64,000 nucleotides of DNA from Dehalococcoidia bacterium (GTDB taxonomy: Bacteria; Chloroflexota; Dehalococcoidia; UBA2979), in NCBI GenBank assembly GCA_964291495.2, contig OZ219871.1:224001-288000 (forward strand). Reading direction: 5' to 3'. This document shows, one piece after another, positions 58,891-64,000 of the stretch (the stretch's first letter is position 1; each line of letters opens with the position of its first letter). The notes beneath the pieces were generated by a model. That model ran no database searches. It was given only the letters and a program-made list of their open reading frames with translations, and was not told where the DNA came from. The translations under genes were made by a program, and so were the position numbers.

Positions 58891-59628
58891 GTGATACTTC
58901 GCTATCTGGCGGTGCTCGATGAGGCGCCGCTCGCCTTTGTCATTCTGATCGCTGCATTCGGCGCCTCGCTGCTGGTCGGCCTCGTGCTGCACGAGGTCGC
59001 CCACGCCTACGTCGCCGACTCGCTCGGGGACCGCACGCCGCGCTCGTTCGGGCGGCTCTCGCTCAATCCGAAGCGACACCTGGATCCGCTCGGCTCGGCG
59101 CTGATCTTCCTCGCCGGCTTCGGCTGGGCGCGGCCGGTGCCGGTCAACCCGTTCAACACCTCGGGCAACGTCAAGCTGAACATGGCCACGATCGCCGTCG
59201 CGGGCCCGGCGACGAACCTGGTGGTCGCGGCGATCGCCGGGCTGCCGATCAAGCTCGGCTGGGTGCCGTTTTTCCACCCCTTCGTCGCGCCCTCGCTGGC
59301 CGAGTTCGCCGTGGGGGTATGGACGGACTCGCCCGAGAACATGGTTGGGTTGTTCCTGGGGACGGTCGTGCTGCTCAACGTGATCCTCGCGATCTTCAAC
59401 CTCGTGCCGCTCGCGCCGCTCGATGGGTTCCGGGTCGCCGCCGGGCTGCTGCCGCGCCCGATCGGGGTGCACTTCGCGAAGCTGGAGCCATGGTGCCCCG
59501 GCATCCTGATGCTGCTGATCATCCTCCCCTTCCTCGGGGGGCCGGCCTGGCTGTTCGAGGTCATGGGGCCGCCGCGCGACTTCCTGCTGGAGCTATTCGC
59601 CGGCGACACCCTGGTACGGCTGGTCTGA
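58891..59628 (+). CDS. Site-2 protease (peptidase M50)
   Basis: GTG at 58891. HEVAH, GRLSLNP, AGPATN, FNLVPLAPLDG. Confidence 0.92.
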   Translation: MILRYLAVLDEAPLAFVILIAAFGASLLVGLVLHEVAHAYVADSLGDRTPRSFGRLSLNPKRHLDPLGSALIFLAGFGWARPVPVNPFNTSGNVKLNMATIAVAGPATNLVVAAIAGLPIKLGWVPFFHPFVAPSLAEFAVGVWTDSPENMVGLFLGTVVLLNVILAIFNLVPLAPLDGFRVAAGLLPRPIGVHFAKLEPWCPGILMLLIILPFLGGPAWLFEVMGPPRDFLLELFAGDTLVRLV

Positions 59629-59634
59629 CCGCGC

Positions 59635-60147
59635 GTGCTGGCCGCCGCCACGGACCTCGCGCGGCACACGCGGCGCTTCTTCCGAGGTCTCCGCGGCTCG
59701 CTCGCCCCCGCCGAGCAGCGCGCCGCGCGGGAGCTGCTCCGTCCCGCCGAGCTGCGCCTGTTCGAGGCGCTGCAGGGCCGCGAGCGCCGGCACGCCCTCG
59801 ACGTCCTCGCCTGGCTGCGCGCCAACGCGTCGCCCTCCGACGAGCTGCTGGTCGCCGCCCTGCTGCACAACACAGGCAAGGGCAGGCTGTACGTGCAGGA
59901 GCGCATCCTCCACGTGCTGCTGCTGCAGTTCGCGCCGGGGCTGCACGAGCGCCTCGCCAGCGCCGAGGGCGGACGGCTGTCGCGCGCCCTCGCGGCGCAG
60001 CGCGATCACCCCGCGCGGGGCGCGGCGCGACTTCGCGCGATCGGCTGCTCGCCGCGCGTCTGCGAGCTGGTCCGCCGCCACCACGATGCTTCTCCCGGCG
60101 ACGACCGCGAGCTGGCCTGGCTGATGGAGGCCGATCAGGTCGTCTGA
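59635..60147 (+). CDS. HD-domain-like protein (HN instead of HD)
   Basis: RHALDV, AALLHNTGK, DHPARGA, RRHH, LMEAD. Confidence 0.7.
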   Translation: MLAAATDLARHTRRFFRGLRGSLAPAEQRAARELLRPAELRLFEALQGRERRHALDVLAWLRANASPSDELLVAALLHNTGKGRLYVQERILHVLLLQFAPGLHERLASAEGGRLSRALAAQRDHPARGAARLRAIGCSPRVCELVRRHHDASPGDDRELAWLMEADQVV

Positions 60148-60247
60148 GCGGGCCGCGCCGAGGGCGCCGCGCCGCCCGTGCTACCATCGAGACTGGCAAT
60201 CCAGCGGCGCCGGACGGCGTCCGCGGAGCACGAATGGCGCGGTGCAC

Positions 60248-61276
60248 ATGACGCAGGTGGCCATCCTCGGTACGGGCCTGATCGGGGCCTCGATCGGCCT
60301 TGGGCTGAAGGCAGCCGAGGGCACGGACGACATCGAGATCATCGGCTTCGACACCAGCCGCGAGCGTGAGCGCGAGGCCGAGCGCCGCAAGGCGATCGAC
60401 CGGCGCGCGAGCAGCCTGCGCGACGCCGTCGCGGGCGCCTCGCTCGTGGTCATCAGCACACCGGTGCTCGCCACGCGCGAGGTCATGGAGACGATCGCGT
60501 CCAACCTGGCGGTGGGTGCGATCGTCACGGACACCTGCTCGACCAAGACCCAGGTGATGCAGTGGGCCGCGGAGTTGCTGCCGAACACGATCAACTTCGT
60601 GGGCAGCCACCCGATGGCCGGCAAGACGGAGTTCGGGCCCGCGGCAGCCGAGGCGGAGCTGTTCCGGGACGCGCGCTGGGTCGTCGTGCCATCACGCTCG
60701 GCCTCCAGCGAAGCCGTCGAGACGGTCTCCGGCCTCGCCACGGCGCTGGGCGCGAAGCCGATGTTCATGGACGCCGCGGAGCACGACGCCTACGCCGCCG
60801 CAATCTCGCACCTGCCGATGTTCGCCGCGAGCGCGCTCTTCCGACTGGTGCGCGACTCCGAGGCCTGGCCAGAGATGTCGCTGCTGGCCGCCAGCGGCTT
60901 CAAGGACACCACCCGCCTCGCCGGCACCGACGAGCTGATGGCGCATGACATCGCCGTCACCAACCGCGAGCAGGTGGTCCACTGGCTGCAGCGCCTGCGC
61001 GGCGCCATCTACGACCTCGAGGACATGATCACCGACCCCGATCGGGACGAGGAGTTCCTGCGCCACCTGGCGCAACTGAACATCGACCACATCGCCTACC
61101 ACGACGGCCAGATCGGGCGCGTCGAGATCGACCAGAAGGGCTCCGGCATCCCGGTGCCCGGGATGACCGACATGCTCCTCGGCGGCGCGCTCTCCGAGCG
61201 GCTACGCCAGATGACCGAAGAGAGCGACGAGGACGCGCAAACACGCCAGCGCAGGCGCTTCTTCGGCCGCCGCTAG
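60248..61276 (+). CDS. tyrA: Prephenate/arogenate dehydrogenase
   Basis: GTGLIGASI, DTCSTK, HPMAG, EHD..ISHLP, GFKDTTRLA. Confidence 0.92.
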   Translation: MTQVAILGTGLIGASIGLGLKAAEGTDDIEIIGFDTSREREREAERRKAIDRRASSLRDAVAGASLVVISTPVLATREVMETIASNLAVGAIVTDTCSTKTQVMQWAAELLPNTINFVGSHPMAGKTEFGPAAAEAELFRDARWVVVPSRSASSEAVETVSGLATALGAKPMFMDAAEHDAYAAAISHLPMFAASALFRLVRDSEAWPEMSLLAASGFKDTTRLAGTDELMAHDIAVTNREQVVHWLQRLRGAIYDLEDMITDPDRDEEFLRHLAQLNIDHIAYHDGQIGRVEIDQKGSGIPVPGMTDMLLGGALSERLRQMTEESDEDAQTRQRRRFFGRR

Positions 61277-61283
61277 CCGCGGG

Positions 61284-62591
61284 ATGAACGCGGCGCAGAT
61301 CAGGCGAGTCATCCCGCCCGCGCGGCTGCGCGGCCACGTCGAGATCCCCGGCGACAAGTCCATCACCCATCGCGCGCTGATGCTCAACGCCGCCGCCGAG
61401 GGCGAGGCGCGCATCGACGGCTTCCTCGACGCCGCCGACACCCGCTCCACCTTCGAGTGCATGCGCGCCCTGGGCGCGGAGATCGAGCAGGTCGCCGAGG
61501 ACGCGCTGATCGTGCGCGGGCGCGGCCGCGCCGGCCTCCACGAGGCGTCCGGCGTGCTCGACTGCGGGAACTCGGGCACGACGATCCGGCTGCTGAGCGG
61601 CATGCTCGCGGGGTTCCCGTTCCTCTCCGTGCTCACGGGCGACGGCTCGCTGCGACAGCGCCCGATGGGGCGCATCGTGCAGCCGTTACGCGCCCTCGGC
61701 GCGCGCATGTCCGCACGCGCGGGCGACACGCTGCCGCCGCTGGTGATCGAGGGCGGCGCGATCGCCGGCGGCCAGCGCATCGAGACGCCGGTCGCCTCGG
61801 CGCAGGTCAAGTCCGCGATCCTGCTCGCCGGCCTGGCCGCCGAAGGCGCCACGACCGTCGCCGAGCCCTCGCGCTCACGCGACCATAGCGAGCGCATGCT
61901 GGCCGCGATGGGCGCGCACATCGCCGTCGAGGACGCGACGGTTACGCTGACGCCGCCCGCCGGCGATCTGCAGTCGATCGACGTGCGCGTCCCCGGCGAC
62001 ATCTCCACCGCAGCCGTCTGGATCGTCGCCGCCACGCTTCACCCGGACGCCGACGTGCTGCTCACCGGCGTCGGCCTCAACCCCACGCGCGCGGGCGTCC
62101 TCGACGTGCTGCGCGAGATGGGCGCGGACATCGAGGAGCTCGAGTCGCGCACCGTCGGCGGCGAGCCCGTCGCCGACCTGCGCGTGCGCTCCGCCTCGCT
62201 GCGCGGCGTGCGCGTCGAGGGCGACGTTATTCCCCGCGCGATCGACGAGCTGCCGCTGCTCGCGCTGGCCGGCGCGGTCGCCGAGGGCGAGACCGTGATC
62301 GCCGACGCCGCCGAGCTGCGCGTCAAGGAATCGGACCGCGTCGCCACCACGGCGGCGGCGCTGCGCGCCCTCGGCGCGGAGGTCGAGGAGCGCGCCGACG
62401 GTCTCGCCGTCGGGGGCGGCGGGGGGCTGCGAGGCGGGCACGTCGAGGCGGCGGGCGACCACCGCCTCGCGATGCTCGGCGCGGCCGGCGCGCTGATCGC
62501 CGAGGGCGAGTCCGCGATCGAGGGCGCGGACGCCGTCGCCGTCTCCTACCCCGCGTTCTGGTCGGACCTCGATCGGCTCGGTTCGGCGTAG
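61284..62591 (+). CDS. aroA: 3-phosphoshikimate 1-carboxyvinyltransferase (EPSP synthase)
   Basis: PGDKSITHR, CGNSGTT, SAQVKS, LRVKESDR, DHRLAM. Confidence 0.97.
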   Translation: MNAAQIRRVIPPARLRGHVEIPGDKSITHRALMLNAAAEGEARIDGFLDAADTRSTFECMRALGAEIEQVAEDALIVRGRGRAGLHEASGVLDCGNSGTTIRLLSGMLAGFPFLSVLTGDGSLRQRPMGRIVQPLRALGARMSARAGDTLPPLVIEGGAIAGGQRIETPVASAQVKSAILLAGLAAEGATTVAEPSRSRDHSERMLAAMGAHIAVEDATVTLTPPAGDLQSIDVRVPGDISTAAVWIVAATLHPDADVLLTGVGLNPTRAGVLDVLREMGADIEELESRTVGGEPVADLRVRSASLRGVRVEGDVIPRAIDELPLLALAGAVAEGETVIADAAELRVKESDRVATTAAALRALGAEVEERADGLAVGGGGGLRGGHVEAAGDHRLAMLGAAGALIAEGESAIEGADAVAVSYPAFWSDLDRLGSA

Positions 62592-62602
62592 GGCGCGCGG
62601 CG

Positions 62603-63196
62603 GTGTCGACTCCCCCACCGCTGCTCGCCGTGATCTCGGGACCGTCGGGCGTCGGCAAGGACGCGCTGATGAGCGCGCTGCTCGCGGGCGACGAGTTCGC
62701 CCGCCCCGTCACAATGACGACGCGACCGCCGCGCCCCGGCGAGGTTGACGGCGTCCACTACCTCTTCGCAAGCAGCGAGGCGTTCGAGGCGGCCGTCCGC
62801 TCCGGCGAGCTGGTCGAGCACGCCGAGGTGCACGGCCGCTTCTACGGGACGCCGCGCACGCAGCTGCGCGCCGCCCTCGGCAGCGGACGCGACGTGCTGC
62901 TGCAGGTGGACGTGCAGGGCGCGCTGGCGATCCGCGAGGCGATCGCGGAGGCGCGGCTGCTGTTCATCGCGCCCGAGAGCCTCGAGCAGATCGAGCAGCG
63001 CCTGCGCGAGCGCGGCACGGACCCCGCCGAACTGGCGCGCCGCCTCGACAGCGCCCGTGCCGAGCTGGAGCAGCAGGACGCCTTCGACGCCGTCATCGTC
63101 AACGTCGAGGGCGACCTCGCCGGCACGGTCGCCCGCGTCCGCGCCTGGGTCGCCCGCGAGCGCGCGCGGCCGGGGCGGCGCGCGGTGGAGGTGTGA
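62603..63196 (+). CDS. gmk: Guanylate kinase
   Basis: SGPSGVGK, TTRPPRPGEVDGVHYLF, YGTP, DVQGA. Confidence 0.95.
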   Translation: MSTPPPLLAVISGPSGVGKDALMSALLAGDEFARPVTMTTRPPRPGEVDGVHYLFASSEAFEAAVRSGELVEHAEVHGRFYGTPRTQLRAALGSGRDVLLQVDVQGALAIREAIAEARLLFIAPESLEQIEQRLRERGTDPAELARRLDSARAELEQQDAFDAVIVNVEGDLAGTVARVRAWVARERARPGRRAVEV

Positions 63197-63208
63197 GCGG
63201 GGCGTCGA

Positions 63209-64000
63209 TCAGGGTTCGTCGGCGAAGAGTTCGGCGCTGTAGGCCTCGAAGTCCTCGTAGAAGTCCTCTACGCGGAAGCCAAAGGTCGCCCTGAACACCG
63301 GTTTCCAGACCTCGTAGGGCGACCACTGTTCGAAGAAGTCGAAGAGGGCGGTCTCGCCTGTTCGCTCCACGAGCCACTCCACCGCGAGGTAGCTGAGCGC
63401 CGTCTTGATGCCGCTCCGAAATTCGGTCTCTTCGAGGTCTCGCAACCCCCCGAGACTTCGCCGGGCCCACCCGATGTGCGATACCCGGTGCTCGGCGATG
63501 TCCAGGCCCTTCGCCTCCGCGTGATACGCAGCCGTTGCGTACTCTTGCGCACCGACTGCCAGCCACACGGGAGCGAAGAAAAACCGGGGGAGCAGGGCCC
63601 TGATGTAGTAGATGTCTTGCCGGGTGGCGGTGCCGCACGGCTGCGCGAGGGAGACGATGGCAACGTCCCGTTCCACGAACCCGCTGCAACCGTTCCAACC
63701 GCCGAGGCCGAGGAACGACACGGGAACTTCGGCGCGTAACGTGTCGACATCAGGTCCCACATAGAGCGTGAACTCGCGCGGCTCCGTGTCGAATCGTCGG
63801 GACACGAACTCACCCACTCGCTCGAAGTCGCTGCGGATCGCCTCTCGGGCCTCGGGCGGAACGTCCCCCACGAACTCGATGACGGGTCTCGTTCCCTCAT
63901 CAGTCACATGCGGCAGCAGGGACGCCACTTCCTTGCGGTACGCCTCGAAGTCCGCGTAGAACACGTCGACCGTGGTGCCGAACGCCTCGGCGAAGGCATC
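63209..64000 (-). CDS. Repeat-domain protein with a degenerate gluzincin/peptidase-MA-like domain, 5' end outside window
   Basis: Frame is open to the window edge (DAFAEAFGTTVDVFYADFEAY...). The same motif recurs at the C-terminus (FRATFGFRVEDFYEDFEAY). Confidence 0.6.
   Translation of the reverse strand, partial: DAFAEAFGTTVDVFYADFEAYRKEVASLLPHVTDEGTRPVIEFVGDVPPEAREAIRSDFERVGEFVSRRFDTEPREFTLYVGPDVDTLRAEVPVSFLGLGGWNGCSGFVERDVAIVSLAQPCGTATRQDIYYIRALLPRFFFAPVWLAVGAQEYATAAYHAEAKGLDIAEHRVSHIGWARRSLGGLRDLEETEFRSGIKTALSYLAVEWLVERTGETALFDFFEQWSPYEVWKPVFRATFGFRVEDFYEDFEAYSAELFADEP

Noticed and set aside
61284-63196. aroA followed by gmk rather than cmk
   Set aside because: Ordinary housekeeping gene-order variation; the motifs are clearly guanylate kinase.

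Overview
A very GC-rich, gene-dense bacterial chromosome segment. The gene set suggests Chloroflexota, class Dehalococcoidia (SAR202/Tepidiformales-like), but this is inference only. The basis is expanded luciferase-like monooxygenases, family III CoA-transferases, crotonases, a Tat-lipoprotein ABC binding protein and Gram-positive-type LexA-like boxes. Housekeeping genes are rsmD, an HtrA protease, lysS, greA, serS, ppk1, tyrA, aroA, gmk and tRNA-Arg(TCT). Between about 13 and 50 kb lies a CoA/flavin-dependent catabolic region with an Aap-type amino-acid ABC transporter and a peptide ABC transporter. Cell-envelope genes lie at 50-59 kb. I saw no CRISPR array, rRNA, integrase or transposase. 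Best leads: (1) a 56-aa membrane microprotein, missing from the ORF track, behind a sigma70 promoter with three LexA-like boxes and followed by a DinB-family gene; (2) an RCC1-repeat gene flanked by a 40-bp direct repeat that duplicates the 3' end of the neighbouring gene; (3) a ferredoxin-transmembrane-PD-(D/E)xK-like fusion next to a tcuA-like gene with no tcuB; (4) two decayed non-autonomous MITE-like elements, one carrying microprotein ORFs; (5) several enzymes with rewired or lost catalytic residues. All products were assigned by eye from motifs; no searches were run.
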